From a virus (Duplodnaviria; Caudoviricetes): a stretch of 46,735 bases of DNA. A program made the position numbers and the translations under genes. Positions 21,601 to 30,683 of the stretch are shown here, piece after piece. Position 1 is the first letter of the stretch. Each line of letters opens with the position of its first letter. The DNA lies in the IMG/VR virus record IMGVR_UViG_3300025653_003050, positions 1 to 46,735 of that record. One strand, given 5' to 3'. The notes beneath the pieces were generated by a model. That model saw only the letters and a program-made list of their open reading frames with translations, searched no databases and was not told the DNA's origin.

Positions 21601-24600
21601 AGTTATCAGAAGTATCAAACCTATACTTGTAATATTCTTGAACTTCGATAATTGGATTTACAGTCCATTCTGAAACATAATTGTTTGGAGCATTTGTTCC
21701 AAAAATAGACATAGATGGATCAAGTTTGAATTCAAACCTATTTTCTGCTTGTGATGCTGTAATAATTTCTACGAATCTTTGTGGAGTACTATCATCAAAG
21801 AAAGTAGTTTGCTCTGTAATAGGTTGCAATGTTGATAAAGATTGGGTTGATGGATAGATCACCAAGAGTTTTTGATTCTTTTTATCATAAATTACTGACT
21901 CAGATCCATTTACAGTAAAGTTAGAATCGAATCTATATCCAGCATCATAAAGAGAAACAGGAGCACCATCATAATGGTCTACTGCTTTTGTTCCTTCTTG
22001 AGCTCTTTCTACTGTGAGAATGCCGCCCTGAACTTGATTATTTGAAATAGAAATAATCTTTACGATTTCATTGTCAATTTTGAGTAGGTCATCCTCGGCA
22101 TATTCTACAGCACTTCTTACCCTGATGACTGTAGATACTTCAGAAACTCCAACATGATCAATAAAAAATCTTAAGGTCTGTGGAGAACTACCTGGAACCT
22201 TCCCTAAAGAAGCATCATTTACTCCTAATACGTCTCCTCTCTTATATCCAGTTCCACCATCGGAAATTTGAATATCTGAAATATATCCAGTAACATCTCC
22301 CAAATTGAATGGAGAAACAACGATATTTGCAGTCGCTCCTTCTCCAGATCCACCAATAAGAGGAATATTAGTATAAGATCCAACATCATATAAATTTCCT
22401 GCATTTAGAATGATTCCTCTGCCAATACCACTGTAATTTACAGTCGTTTCATATCTTGGAGTTCTTAGTTGAAGTTCTTGATAAATTCTCTTCCTTACAA
22501 AATAATCTCTTGTCTTTACAGAATCATCTGGATTGATGGAAACATTTACTACATCACCAATTCCCAAACCATGCTCTTCTGATGTTTCTACAAGAGCAAT
22601 ATTATCATCAATATCAAAAGGAACAAGTCCATCACTCAAATATTCCACAGAATCAATTCTAGCTCCAGACGTATCTGAGAGAGAATCACTCTTGATAAAA
22701 TATCCAGGTAGATTATCTTGATCTTGGAACGTTCCAGAAAGAACCTTTAGAATAACAGTATTTCCAGCAATAACCGATTCTAATACTTCTCCAGTTGCAG
22801 CAGTAGTAACTATTCCATCGGTAAGACTTAGAATAGATCCTTGTGCATATGAAGATACCTTATCAATTGACAATCTAACAACCTTGATATCTGTAGAGAA
22901 AGTAGCAGTAGAATTGAAAACACCATTTACATCTCTAATCAAAATAGTATTGTCTGCCCTGACAGTTCCAACAATTGTACCGAAAGCACCTGTTCCTGGT
23001 TGTCTCAGTTTATCATTTTCAAAAACATAAGAATCTGTAGTAATTTCCAGTTTTACTGCTTTCTTTTCGAAACTCTCAATGTAATTTACAGATTTTCCTT
23101 TTACAGAACTTACACTAGCTTCTACTCCACTACCCTCGGTTCCTGAGTTATCAAAAACTAATTTTGACCCTACACTAAATGAATTTGAAGAACCATCTAC
23201 TTCAATTGAATCAATACTTCCAGATTCTAGATCTTGAATGATTGCATTCAATCCGCCACCATTTCCCTGAATTCCAGGTACAAATAATCTTTTTACATTT
23301 GAAGAAATATTTGTTTGATTTAGTGTTGAACTATAATTAGATACTACTGGTAAAGAATAGAAGTTTTCTCCAACAATATATGGGAATTGTGGAACTTGTT
23401 GGGAATCAATAGTAATAAAATATGCATAAACTCCTTCTGGATAATCTGGAGTTACACAATATCTACCATTGTTTTGATCAAGAGAACCACTCTTATGTCT
23501 ATACTCATAATCCTGAATAAACGATCCGAGTGGATAGTTTTGAGTACTTGGTCCAAATTGTCTAGATGGTTTTAGAATATAACTAGATGACATTCTCACA
23601 ATAGGAGATTGTGGATCTAAAGGATTCTGATGTGCGAATGGTCCATAAATTGGATTTCCATCATAAGCAAATCCAAGAATTGGAGAATGGGTTTTATTTA
23701 CTGGTTCAATTCCCAGTGAACTTAGGTTATCATTCAGTCTTACGCGCAGTGCTTTTGGATTTGCTACATGAGCATAACCATATTCTAAGGATTTGTTAAA
23801 ATTCTCAAAAACAAATCCATTATTCTCATCCAGACTATCTTTTAGATTGTAATATCTGTCTTTTACCCATTCAGTCAACTCTGGAGTTGCTTCTGCACCT
23901 CCTCCAACAGGGAAAACATTTACCCTTACATTCTCCTGTGAATAAAAATTGCCTTCATTTACAACTTCAAATCCAGTTAGTTTACCATCAGAAACTACCG
24001 CAGTATATTCAGCTAACCTACCTTGTCCAGAAACGTCTGTAATAACAATTATAGGTGGTGTCGAATAGTATTCCCCTGGATTGTCAATGATCAAGTCTGT
24101 AACTCTTCCAAAGGTTACTGTTGCCCTTACTTCGGCACCACGCCCTGATGTAATCTCTACAGTAGGAATTTTGCCGTATAATCCTGGTTCAAGAACTTCA
24201 ATTGATTCCACAAATTGACCAGAGAGTTTGGCTACTGCTCTACCAGGAACACTATTTACAAGAACATATGGGGCATTCTTGTAATTGAATCCTTGATTTT
24301 GAACTCGAATTTTTTCTAGCTTGCCAAATCTTACAGTATCAGTATCTTTGTAATTATAGATTCTTGTTCCATTCACTAAAATTCCAACATCTAAATTTGG
24401 TGTTTTGTATATTTCAGTTGTAGAAGTTGCTTGCTTTCTGATCAACTTCAAGATTTTTTGATCAGCAAGATTGCCTGGAATTGAAGTTACATTTTCCAGA
24501 ATAGGGTATGATGGGTATCCAGAAGAAGCAACATAATAGAATTGGTCATCTGCGAATACAGCAGAAACGTCAGTAGATAGATTAGAGAGATTGTTAGTAT

Positions 24601-25945
24601 AAGAGGTATTAGTTGGAGATGTAGGTTTGTCATTCGGATTCGATAGCAACCATCTTATTCCTTGTGAAGTTACAACTTTGGGATCATTAGTTTCAAATCC
24701 TGGATTTGTAACTTCAATTGGATCGTTTACAAACGAATATGGTTGTGCTTGTGCTGGTAGCAAATTATATACCAGACCGAAAACTAGCAACTTTACGTCA
24801 TTATTGCCAACAAAAATAGGATCATATACAGGAGTTCCTGCTGGATATGATGCATTTAGTTGTCTGCTCTTTATTGTAAATTGAGTGATGTTTTTATCTT
24901 CGAAAGTGAAGATTTCATCTCCAATTAATAATGATCCAGTATCACTCCAACCAAGAGTAGATGATACATTGATTCTATCGCCAATTGTATCATTGGCAAA
25001 AATTTGCTGTGTTAGTTCTGCCTTTGAAGTAAATTCAAAAATTCCATTGATTGTTTCTGTGGCGAGAAATAAATTATAGGTATCTTCACCATCAACAGTA
25101 GAATCAAATCTGACATTATCAACGATAGCAGAGGCATATCCATTTCTCTGTCCCGCTTCCTGGACAATTTGCTTACCAATAAGATCCTCTACATTTCCAG
25201 ATAGAACTTTAGCACGAAGAGCATACCCTTGAGTCCAGTCTGAAGTAGATGACTTGTATGTAAAATCTGATGGATTATACACAGATGGTCTATTTTCTGG
25301 ACCACCTGCAATTACTGTATTGAAAAGGAACTGAATAGATTTCTCTGTTCCTTTTGATCTATAAAATTGACCAATATTTTTGATAAGTGATCTCTTATCA
25401 ACCGCAGACTTTAGATACTTTTCTGGGAATGATGCAAGATACTGTTCTTCGAAGTTTCTAACAATCGCATATAAAAACAGATTACTGACGTTCATTACCA
25501 TCTCACCGCCAGAGTGAGTGGTAGATTCAGTTGTTACGAATTCTGTTTCGTTATAAATGTCTCCAAGTTTTGTATTGCCACTAACTCCCCTTGATACTTC
25601 AAGGAACTGAGTATTATTTCTACTCTTGTAAAAACAAATTTCTTTTCCAATTTTGATATATCCATTCTTTTCTGGAAAAGAACGTGCATCTAGAACAGTG
25701 ATAGTAGTGGCAGTACTAGATAGATTTTCATCAAGTTCTGTGTATTGCTCTAGGATTTTATTCTCATAAAATCCAATATCTGCATATTGCTGCAAATTAT
25801 TAGCAATATCAAGAGGTCCGCCTTGAATCTCCAAGCTTTCGTAGTACTTGGTAAGGAAGTTACCAAAAAGCTCGTACTCAGTGCTAATAAACTCTGGGAG
25901 TTGTGTCTCGATCAGAGTTGAAATTGAGTTCTTGATTTTTGCCAT
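15632..25945 (-). CDS. gp7: Baseplate wedge initiator gp7 (with YHYH-like domain)
   Basis: 3437 aa; IETQLPEFI, FYRSKGTEKSIQFLF, HSPILGFAYDGNPIYGP and YQDYSYVIKS..THPAGFKVFGE; lies between gp6 and gp8. Confidence 0.85.
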   Translation of the reverse strand: MAKIKNSISTLIETQLPEFISTEYELFGNFLTKYYESLEIQGGPLDIANNLQQYADIGFYENKILEQYTELDENLSSTATTITVLDARSFPEKNGYIKIGKEICFYKSRNNTQFLEVSRGVSGNTKLGDIYNETEFVTTESTTHSGGEMVMNVSNLFLYAIVRNFEEQYLASFPEKYLKSAVDKRSLIKNIGQFYRSKGTEKSIQFLFNTVIAGGPENRPSVYNPSDFTYKSSTSDWTQGYALRAKVLSGNVEDLIGKQIVQEAGQRNGYASAIVDNVRFDSTVDGEDTYNLFLATETINGIFEFTSKAELTQQIFANDTIGDRINVSSTLGWSDTGSLLIGDEIFTFEDKNITQFTIKSRQLNASYPAGTPVYDPIFVGNNDVKLLVFGLVYNLLPAQAQPYSFVNDPIEVTNPGFETNDPKVVTSQGIRWLLSNPNDKPTSPTNTSYTNNLSNLSTDVSAVFADDQFYYVASSGYPSYPILENVTSIPGNLADQKILKLIRKQATSTTEIYKTPNLDVGILVNGTRIYNYKDTDTVRFGKLEKIRVQNQGFNYKNAPYVLVNSVPGRAVAKLSGQFVESIEVLEPGLYGKIPTVEITSGRGAEVRATVTFGRVTDLIIDNPGEYYSTPPIIVITDVSGQGRLAEYTAVVSDGKLTGFEVVNEGNFYSQENVRVNVFPVGGGAEATPELTEWVKDRYYNLKDSLDENNGFVFENFNKSLEYGYAHVANPKALRVRLNDNLSSLGIEPVNKTHSPILGFAYDGNPIYGPFAHQNPLDPQSPIVRMSSSYILKPSRQFGPSTQNYPLGSFIQDYEYRHKSGSLDQNNGRYCVTPDYPEGVYAYFITIDSQQVPQFPYIVGENFYSLPVVSNYSSTLNQTNISSNVKRLFVPGIQGNGGGLNAIIQDLESGSIDSIEVDGSSNSFSVGSKLVFDNSGTEGSGVEASVSSVKGKSVNYIESFEKKAVKLEITTDSYVFENDKLRQPGTGAFGTIVGTVRADNTILIRDVNGVFNSTATFSTDIKVVRLSIDKVSSYAQGSILSLTDGIVTTAATGEVLESVIAGNTVILKVLSGTFQDQDNLPGYFIKSDSLSDTSGARIDSVEYLSDGLVPFDIDDNIALVETSEEHGLGIGDVVNVSINPDDSVKTRDYFVRKRIYQELQLRTPRYETTVNYSGIGRGIILNAGNLYDVGSYTNIPLIGGSGEGATANIVVSPFNLGDVTGYISDIQISDGGTGYKRGDVLGVNDASLGKVPGSSPQTLRFFIDHVGVSEVSTVIRVRSAVEYAEDDLLKIDNEIVKIISISNNQVQGGILTVERAQEGTKAVDHYDGAPVSLYDAGYRFDSNFTVNGSESVIYDKKNQKLLVIYPSTQSLSTLQPITEQTTFFDDSTPQRFVEIITASQAENRFEFKLDPSMSIFGTNAPNNYVSEWTVNPIIEVQEYYKYRFDTSDNSLTGSHLDFSPSGNYNIIPVEKKESSTLQGSPGSFVEMKFGFGPVISSNQYDEKEESRFANYFYFDRNGLISSGNSYLKVVQDPLSGRQTVNYVTPTRFSYSLRSFPQWDGSGDISYTTNGNFAVGEIDSVTVQNIGVNYKKTPIILGAYLSPENQAAATVLFDSLTNTIVGATVTNSGSNYSKPKVVILEGDGIDAEFGVTSRNGEVLDIFVVNKGTDYTNAPKIAIIESDVRLFATGNRIGRPKNVRIVKNGSSFHKDSTLLSEYTGSYTFSVSGYGEKDFLVGEEITQTIGNNVIARATVREWRHGSNLLKVSKIQGKFRNSTSVVGKISKTSAVIKNTYVTVFDLDLKPYSDNTGSYRSDRGKLGVENQRITDSFFYQDYSYVIKSRTQINDWRDLVKETTHPAGFKVFGEVIIDPVVEDGITMPSEMPKASHFSIIQLWDDNKNKVTVESTRQQLTQSILSVDDYRAIKGSGSVAVNEFDFNYTNAYSLDIRQSKLDPSPFDGKFNTDGQLIGTRTFTLYYNGVAFNPYSAENLIVTLDGVLQEPGVAYTISNNQITFATPPLGKAIVEGQEVPAQKLLIRYIEFKNDVYNDKHFRKIRNFYQRSGRWLDAANQILLNVDFIVAESIGWFEDTYSSQIANSTIPWTAIESEVQSDVRNLCSALEHDLRFGGNVKSVDYAELFKDKYSRQNTQINSLFQYVIRLAKLSTRNWDWVALGASYTAGSDIITISDTSNIALGAVVSSGGALSLSSNIRVTEIISDTEVRVSSPALQSSNVAPPGSAGPGTTYLSGTQNVDTTLPTGTGAVIPSNTYSISPGTSLTVPPVFAGLDQVTFSFSGINNGTFYDASNLIDKNRNYIIDYAVNWAQATYPGIDWTSKETKCRRDVGYLLDAVIYSLRFGGNLKLVEFAELYFLGSQLNYIVGEFAETKATYEKILTELCVQAMLQTLPTSTPYTNIIPITDAEVIVDSSSPTCGGVESALNTYYDIIETILNSGPNVIQPTNQNPTKRGFYTRLVPYANYDIIPDNQLISRECEDVVSSLSTYASIIEDYMVSGNTVDRTLPDYIDNETSEFELYWDDDGSPVSLTEEDEHLLVSFNGVIQRPKYNPDEPAFDSYWVDKTVTPNIIRFTSPPIWDQDLSAKTIGEPTQVEKFFATNIGNYRRYTIDKSLVNGQRKGPFLILSLDGDRILNIDDENYMIVIVNGVIQEPITAYEVAGASITFKYPMRDEDVVDIRLCYGRDLDPPVTFHDFDINGYLYDYTLEVSGSGVGDRFNIFALFDSNWALNSKDKFYIYQEDGNGNNYGIGRVYDWKKLNNDAITFKLYSNNIDYDPSRSTYADSMGATNVSTFSFGLVSLTLTKNYDYLYRTDKSYFVGDVKKSNDLLQRKGFFRLAPGDKVKIDGESKYRTIRSVPDEVYTRDNRLDGDAGNEIYGSFGISSYNGKTMGEGLSVSAEIANGVVTALKWNERIVEEISNPDGSITYKFFRPTAFNYETPPQLVFVPRDGNGGGARAQVLVAGGEIQGIQLIYGGSGYTQEPKVVVTRKYDVKKQDDIKVSLVKLGVQSIVTQGLNVISNVSQIGLPPPQQAFITSILLDSVIDTQDDIEQEIYPDPVDGADMPVDTIPIERNQITNLLPVSVEQSETADRYIQSIVAVRAEDVLTISQLTTNRLVTQTIQREIDNTFLENVIYRAPGAYLQAPLNIGDSIVYVADTYQFTSHGKLMVGDEVVYYPRKLTDRFLNVTRGYENTTEKNWVPGTFIRQIEDYVSVAFGGVAEIYSETVVRNSIPTGAVATVRTSEIQVQTEVVIESNKVLREILLFTPPGGLVDYFQESVFFTNFVGRYSVGNVGQNISSFNYVSLNEGPISAGGVTIDDFNRNYPTFAIIDFERRGYSNYTLSGDKFNLGLSTYNTTVTTTSSSGSIGSVIVVQNTNYFPDSGYIFHGSGSNRGVIQYTSKTATTFAGCTVYSGSTTITAGSEIIPYTID

Positions 25946-25950
25946 CTATA

Positions 25951-27744
25951 CTACTCTGCGTATGCAATAAAGCTACTGTTTGCAATGTCTACATCCAAAT
26001 AGACTTCCCTAATCGCTGTAATATCATTTTGTCTGGGAAGTGCTCTCAATTGTATTCTGTTGTCTGCAAATGATCCCTTGATAATCGTAAGATCATTCAT
26101 TTTTACTTCACCTTTTTCATAGTCTACTGTTCCAACAAAATCGTCCAAAACGATCTTATCACCAGTAGCAGCATCTAGTCTATATAGGACCATTCTACCC
26201 ATCCTATCTTCAAGATAGACGGTATAATTGGGGTATTCTGTAACAGTGAAACCCGTTGAGAATACTACAGGGTCGTCATCATCAGCAAAAGCATTTTGAT
26301 AGCAAATTTCGTAGTAAAACGTACTATTCAATTGTGGGATAAAATCCTTCCTCATAGTTACTGAGGTTAAATTGGAGTTAATAGAATTATCAGACTGATC
26401 GATTACAGAAATTGCTTTACTGTATCTAAACTTGCCATTAAACTTTTCTGTATCACTATTCTCAATGTAATCAGTCAACGCACCGATTGCCTTACCTTGA
26501 ATCTGTGCAGGTCTATCGCTAGTCTTTGCCCTATTGTAAAAAATCTTACTGGTTAACTCAACAAACAAAATTGATGGGTCAACAAGTTCAGGAATGACAG
26601 AAGCAATGCTAAACTTCTTCAATTCATTTCTAATTTCTTGTTTTGTAATGCTTGTAATGTAAGAAGCATCTTCTGGTTTAATTGCAATGAATACACGACC
26701 ATACTGTGGAGGTTCTTGATCTTCTCCACCAAATATGATAATATCACTTACAGCGGGATAAATTCTACGAATCAGTGCATCATAGTCATTAGAAGTTACT
26801 GCTCTGTTCTGTGCAGCATATATTTTGGGTGCGTTGTACTTAATTTTTTTGATAGTCTCTCTATCTTCACCACCAGCAGCAGGAACAACTGTATTAATTG
26901 TTACACTATTGTTTGGTGTTGCACCATTGATGTTCTCAAGAATACCAGAGAACACAAAAGTTTTTACTCCATTTGATGCAGGACCATTTGTTGTTAGATA
27001 AGAAACTTCAACTCTAGCACCATTGGGCAACTTTTGACCTAATACTCCATCACCAAAGATAATCTCGTATCTCTCATCTTCAATCTCATCTAAAAAGAAT
27101 ACCTTAGACTCAGAGTTAACATCCAAGATATTGTCAGATACGAAATATTGCTCGTTAAAACTTCCACCTGTAGGGAATACTTTAACTAAGATTGTATTAG
27201 TATCGATGTTTCTATTATCAAGAACAAATCTTTGATTAGTCAAAGAAGAGTTTACAGTAAAAGTATTTGTAATTTGTGTTCCTTCTTTTACTGGCACTTG
27301 AGAGAAAAATGCGGTGCTGCCATTCAGAACCTGCACTTTTACATCATCTAATGTAACATACTGATACAAAACATTATCATAAGATGCAATAAACCCAGTT
27401 CCTGCCTTCAAGATCAGTTCGGTATCTGTACCAGGAGTGCTGTAATTGACAGTAAAGTCAATATAGGCAGTAGGAGCAGTAATTGATTTTGCCCTATATC
27501 CCAACTGCTTTGCCAATGCTACCACATTATCTCTCAAGGTAGCAGAGTCTAAGAACATTTCGTTCACTACCATATTGGTATTGAACGCAGTGTAATAGGT
27601 ATTATAAGCGAGAGTGTCAATCAGCGTTGATAACGCAGAACCCTCAAAGTCATAATCAGTAAAATCTGAATTTGCCCTGAGATATTCTTTCAGAGCAACT
27701 TTGATATCTTCAAAGTCTAAGTTGGCAACCTGAGTATATGGCAT
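25951..27744 (-). CDS. gp6: Baseplate wedge subunit gp6
   Basis: LDFEDIK..FTDYDFEGS..LAYNTYY..FLDSATLRDNVV, QNRAVTSNDY and GTVDYEKG motifs. Confidence 0.95.
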   Translation of the reverse strand: MPYTQVANLDFEDIKVALKEYLRANSDFTDYDFEGSALSTLIDTLAYNTYYTAFNTNMVVNEMFLDSATLRDNVVALAKQLGYRAKSITAPTAYIDFTVNYSTPGTDTELILKAGTGFIASYDNVLYQYVTLDDVKVQVLNGSTAFFSQVPVKEGTQITNTFTVNSSLTNQRFVLDNRNIDTNTILVKVFPTGGSFNEQYFVSDNILDVNSESKVFFLDEIEDERYEIIFGDGVLGQKLPNGARVEVSYLTTNGPASNGVKTFVFSGILENINGATPNNSVTINTVVPAAGGEDRETIKKIKYNAPKIYAAQNRAVTSNDYDALIRRIYPAVSDIIIFGGEDQEPPQYGRVFIAIKPEDASYITSITKQEIRNELKKFSIASVIPELVDPSILFVELTSKIFYNRAKTSDRPAQIQGKAIGALTDYIENSDTEKFNGKFRYSKAISVIDQSDNSINSNLTSVTMRKDFIPQLNSTFYYEICYQNAFADDDDPVVFSTGFTVTEYPNYTVYLEDRMGRMVLYRLDAATGDKIVLDDFVGTVDYEKGEVKMNDLTIIKGSFADNRIQLRALPRQNDITAIREVYLDVDIANSSFIAYAE

Positions 27745-28136
27745 TATCGAGTACGCTCTAGGAAGAATTCTACTCCTACTGGTGTATCGTCTCTACCGAC
27801 AATATTATACTGCAGTTCGACACTATAACCATTATTCAGTGAATCTGGTGTAATTCTGATTTTATCAACTGTAATCCTTGGTTCATACCTCTGTAATACA
27901 TCTAGAATCTCAGATCTAAGAATACCAGCAGATGCATAATCTAGTGGTTCGAACAAAACTAGTTGAACACCAGAACCCAAGTTAGGTTGAAATGGTCTTT
28001 CTCCCTTCCTAGTAAGAAGCAAGGCAGTAATCGACTGAGCGATAGATGCCTTATCTTTCACCGTTACTAAATCATCAGTAACAGGATGCTTCTTAAACGT
28101 AACACTCAAATCTTTGAATGTCTGAAAGGTCGGCAT
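27744..28136 (-). CDS. gp25: Baseplate wedge/sheath initiator gp25
   Basis: LLTRKGERPFQPNLGS..LFEP..RYEPR GPW/gp25 signature. Confidence 0.95.
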   Translation of the reverse strand: MPTFQTFKDLSVTFKKHPVTDDLVTVKDKASIAQSITALLLTRKGERPFQPNLGSGVQLVLFEPLDYASAGILRSEILDVLQRYEPRITVDKIRITPDSLNNGYSVELQYNIVGRDDTPVGVEFFLERTR

Positions 28137-28160
28137 TTAGACACAACAATAGGCTGTTTC

Positions 28161-28168
28161 TATTTATT
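28161..28168 (-). promoter_or_regulatory. T4-type late promoter
   Basis: AATAAATA 25 nt upstream of the gp25 ATG. Confidence 0.65.
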
Positions 28169-28383
28169 CACTCGTGCCAACGCTCTACAAAGTCATCAAA
28201 TCCACCTGCCCCTCCACAAGGACGCTCCATGCGGTCTTCGGGCAGTGGGTATAGTTCTTCCTTCATCTTTGCCCTACGACGCTTTGCGGCGGCATCTAGG
28301 TATCTGTCACTGTCTGTTTCAGTAATCAGTGTCATACCTTCTTCGATAAATTCTTCACTTTTGTCTACTGGAAATAATCCCAT
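28168..28383 (-). CDS. Hypothetical protein
   Basis: ATG 28383 preceded by AAGGAG; preferred over the longer track start. Confidence 0.7.
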   Translation of the reverse strand: MGLFPVDKSEEFIEEGMTLITETDSDRYLDAAAKRRRAKMKEELYPLPEDRMERPCGGAGGFDDFVERWHE

Positions 28384-28433
28384 AGTTCTCCTTTGAAAAA
28401 GTTTGATTAGAACTTTTTTTGGGGTTGCTATCC

Positions 28434-28937
28434 CTATGTCCAATGATTATTTGGTCGTTCCCACCAAAAATGCAAATCTTCGATGGTATCATCATAATAA
28501 AGTGAAACCAGATCACTCTTATATTTACTATGGATATTTTCACATAATGATAAAGTGTAGTAATTCTTGTCTACAAACTTTTCCATTGCTTTAGTAATCC
28601 AAGTATAATTGCCACCTCGGATTACCCCTGCTTCACATAACACAAAGTTATCCCAATCTAATACCCACTCAGCAAAATCTAACTCAAAATTAACTTGATA
28701 TTGAGTGGGGTTTTCATCAGGAAACGGCACATTAACTGCTTCAATATGAAAAATCTCCCGATCCATTGACAATGAATGCGAGAGATGCTGAGTTACAATA
28801 CTGGAGTAATCAGGAGACACGCACAAGAAGCAAGTCTTACTAGGATGAATATCCCAGTTTGACATCTTGATCTTGTATGACATCTCCTGAATGAGTGCCA
28901 TCTCTTTGTCCTGTGAGATGAACAGTAAATCTTTCAT
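28434..28937 (-). CDS. Possible phosphoribosyltransferase-fold protein
   Basis: 167 aa; FVLCEAGVIRGGNY resembles a degenerate PRPP-binding loop; C-terminal FWWE. Confidence 0.45.
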   Translation of the reverse strand: MKDLLFISQDKEMALIQEMSYKIKMSNWDIHPSKTCFLCVSPDYSSIVTQHLSHSLSMDREIFHIEAVNVPFPDENPTQYQVNFELDFAEWVLDWDNFVLCEAGVIRGGNYTWITKAMEKFVDKNYYTLSLCENIHSKYKSDLVSLYYDDTIEDLHFWWERPNNHWT

Positions 28938-29083
28938 TACCTTCCTTGTCCGCGATAACGCTTTTTAGCGCAATTACGACTGGTAGCAGAATATTTCGTG
29001 TTCTTGCTGCTGCCCTGTCGTGTGGTTTTGGGTTTTGACTCAATGATCTTCTTACCACTAAGACCAACTTTTGCTCGTGCCAT
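28937..29083 (-). CDS. Small very basic protein (48 aa; not in ORF track)
   Basis: MARAKVGLSGKKIIESKPKTTRQGSSKNTKYSATSRNCAKKRYRGQGR; TAATG coupling to the next gene. Confidence 0.75.
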   Translation of the reverse strand: MARAKVGLSGKKIIESKPKTTRQGSSKNTKYSATSRNCAKKRYRGQGR

Positions 29084-29109
29084 AATTCAAAAAATAATTG
29101 ACTTCTATA

Positions 29110-29406
29110 TTATACACCAATAAACACATTATGGGAACCCTCTGCAACAGTTCCTCCAGGAAGTAATGTCCCACCAATTGGCATTGCTTGCTGACCATTG
29201 ATCATCACTTTCGCACTACCTAGAGTATATACGTCAGAATGTACGTCTGTACCGCATGTATGAGGCACTGTGGTGTTTGTAGCACAGTGGGCAGGTAGAT
29301 TGTTCACATAAACGTTTGGAGACGCTGTAAGACCGATTACAGGCGCATGACAACCATGACCTGATGTGATGTCCCCTAACCTTGACATTCCCTTAAGTGC
29401 TGGCAT
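29110..29406 (-). CDS. gp5.4: PAAR-type spike tip protein (gp5.4-like)
   Basis: RLGDITSGHGC, SPNVYVNNLPA, HTC..H, GSAKVMING and GSHNVFIG motifs. Confidence 0.9.
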   Translation of the reverse strand: MPALKGMSRLGDITSGHGCHAPVIGLTASPNVYVNNLPAHCATNTTVPHTCGTDVHSDVYTLGSAKVMINGQQAMPIGGTLLPGGTVAEGSHNVFIGV

Positions 29407-30301
29407 CTGGATCTGGTATAATTCCCGTTGCCTTATTTAGATAATACTGTAACCTCTGTTGTACAGCATTCCAATTGTTCTGTACTGTCATTGTCCCATA
29501 GAATCTAGTAATATACGGTGGACACGTATGAGTCACGGTTAACGTATAATAATAGATCATTTGTTCGATCTCTGATGGTTTAAACTTAATCCATGCACTC
29601 ACATCTGTCGTCGCGCCCTCTAAGTATGGATTACCACTAGTAATCACTGTATCAGGGTCATCATTATATAAAGACTGTTGTGGAATAGTAATTGGATCTC
29701 CAGGGAACATTGATTTGTTGATCCTACCATTATCGGCTTTGGCAAGTATCTCCGTTAACTCTGTCAGCGGTATTGTCTTCTTACCCACTAAAGGATCAAT
29801 AAGTGTTAACTTGTCGGTGCGACTCGGCGCTTGGGTTTCATAGTATGTCGCAAAAATATACTCAGCATCATAAAAGTACCTCTCACTATAATAACCAGTC
29901 AGAGGCGCTAAGAGTGTTGCTGTCGGAACGCCTGGTGGAGGATATGTAATTGACCCATAGGTAATCGAAGGTTCTGCAAAGAGTGGCAATTGCATCTCTG
30001 GTATATTACCCACAGGTCCCACTAAAATGGAACACCCTGGTCCAGTCCCCACTGCATGTCCAGGGGTCAGTGTCATGCCTGTGATGAGATTGGGTGTCCC
30101 TGGCGGTATCGGAGCACATATCCCTGCCGCAATAACCTCTATAGACAACGCAGGGTTAATTGTCTCGTATAACCACGGATATTCCCCTGTACGGGGTGTT
30201 TCCGAGTATAACGGTGTGGTAGGCGTAGGCTTTAGTTCGAACGTTGTAGGGGACGTTACAAGCACCTGTGCGTTAGGTGTCATTGTTACTGTGGTCGTCA
30301 T
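29393..30301 (-). CDS. Pro/Thr-rich hypothetical protein, possibly baseplate-associated
   Basis: 302-aa ORF overlapping the PAAR gene. Confidence 0.65.
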   Translation of the reverse strand: MTTTVTMTPNAQVLVTSPTTFELKPTPTTPLYSETPRTGEYPWLYETINPALSIEVIAAGICAPIPPGTPNLITGMTLTPGHAVGTGPGCSILVGPVGNIPEMQLPLFAEPSITYGSITYPPPGVPTATLLAPLTGYYSERYFYDAEYIFATYYETQAPSRTDKLTLIDPLVGKKTIPLTELTEILAKADNGRINKSMFPGDPITIPQQSLYNDDPDTVITSGNPYLEGATTDVSAWIKFKPSEIEQMIYYYTLTVTHTCPPYITRFYGTMTVQNNWNAVQQRLQYYLNKATGIIPDPDAST

Positions 30302-30576
30302 CGTGTCTGCGCGACCCTCATTAGATCCCTTTTGATTCCCTCGACATTATTGTGAAGATAATCTAATGTTTCAGAGATTTTCTCATGCTCCTGGGAGTTC
30401 GGTCGCTTGTACATCAATTGCGGGCGTTCCAGTGACTGTACCCTCACTTCCAATTCCACTAATTTCCTCAACAGCTCTTGGAGGAGTTGTTCTGTACTTG
30501 TCAGTGTATTGGTCAAGGGTTGTTGGTCCGTCTCCTCTGAGGAAACTTTCTGATGCTGCTCGTTCAAATCCATCAC
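30298..30576 (-). CDS. Hypothetical coiled-coil protein (start uncertain)
   Basis: ATGA coupling to the downstream gene; heptad segment LLQELLRKLVELEVRVQSLE. Confidence 0.6.
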   Translation of the reverse strand: MMDLNEQHQKVSSEETDQQPLTNTLTSTEQLLQELLRKLVELEVRVQSLERPQLMYKRPNSQEHEKISETLDYLHNNVEGIKRDLMRVAQTR

Positions 30577-30634
30577 AGAATGCGTCGAAGTTTGCTAAGG
30601 CACGAGCGTATAAATCTTGATCGACTTTTTCCAT
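30383..30634 (-). CDS. Hypothetical protein
   Basis: ATG 30634 (MEKVDQ...) downstream of late-promoter-like GATAAATA at 30681-30688. Confidence 0.55.
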   Translation of the reverse strand: MEKVDQDLYARALANFDAFCDGFERAASESFLRGDGPTTLDQYTDKYRTTPPRAVEEISGIGSEGTVTGTPAIDVQATELPGA

Positions 30635-30683
30635 AATTTTTTTCTGGGCGAAATTTTTTATATACAGGTCCCTCGAACAATAT

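Noticed and set aside
2674-28594. Other plus-strand and short nested ORFs in the structural block
   Set aside because: They lie within long, recognisable minus-strand genes and have no motifs
28840-29067. 75-aa track ORF
   Set aside because: The 48-aa frame 28937-29083 has an ATG and stop/start coupling, and it avoids a long overlap
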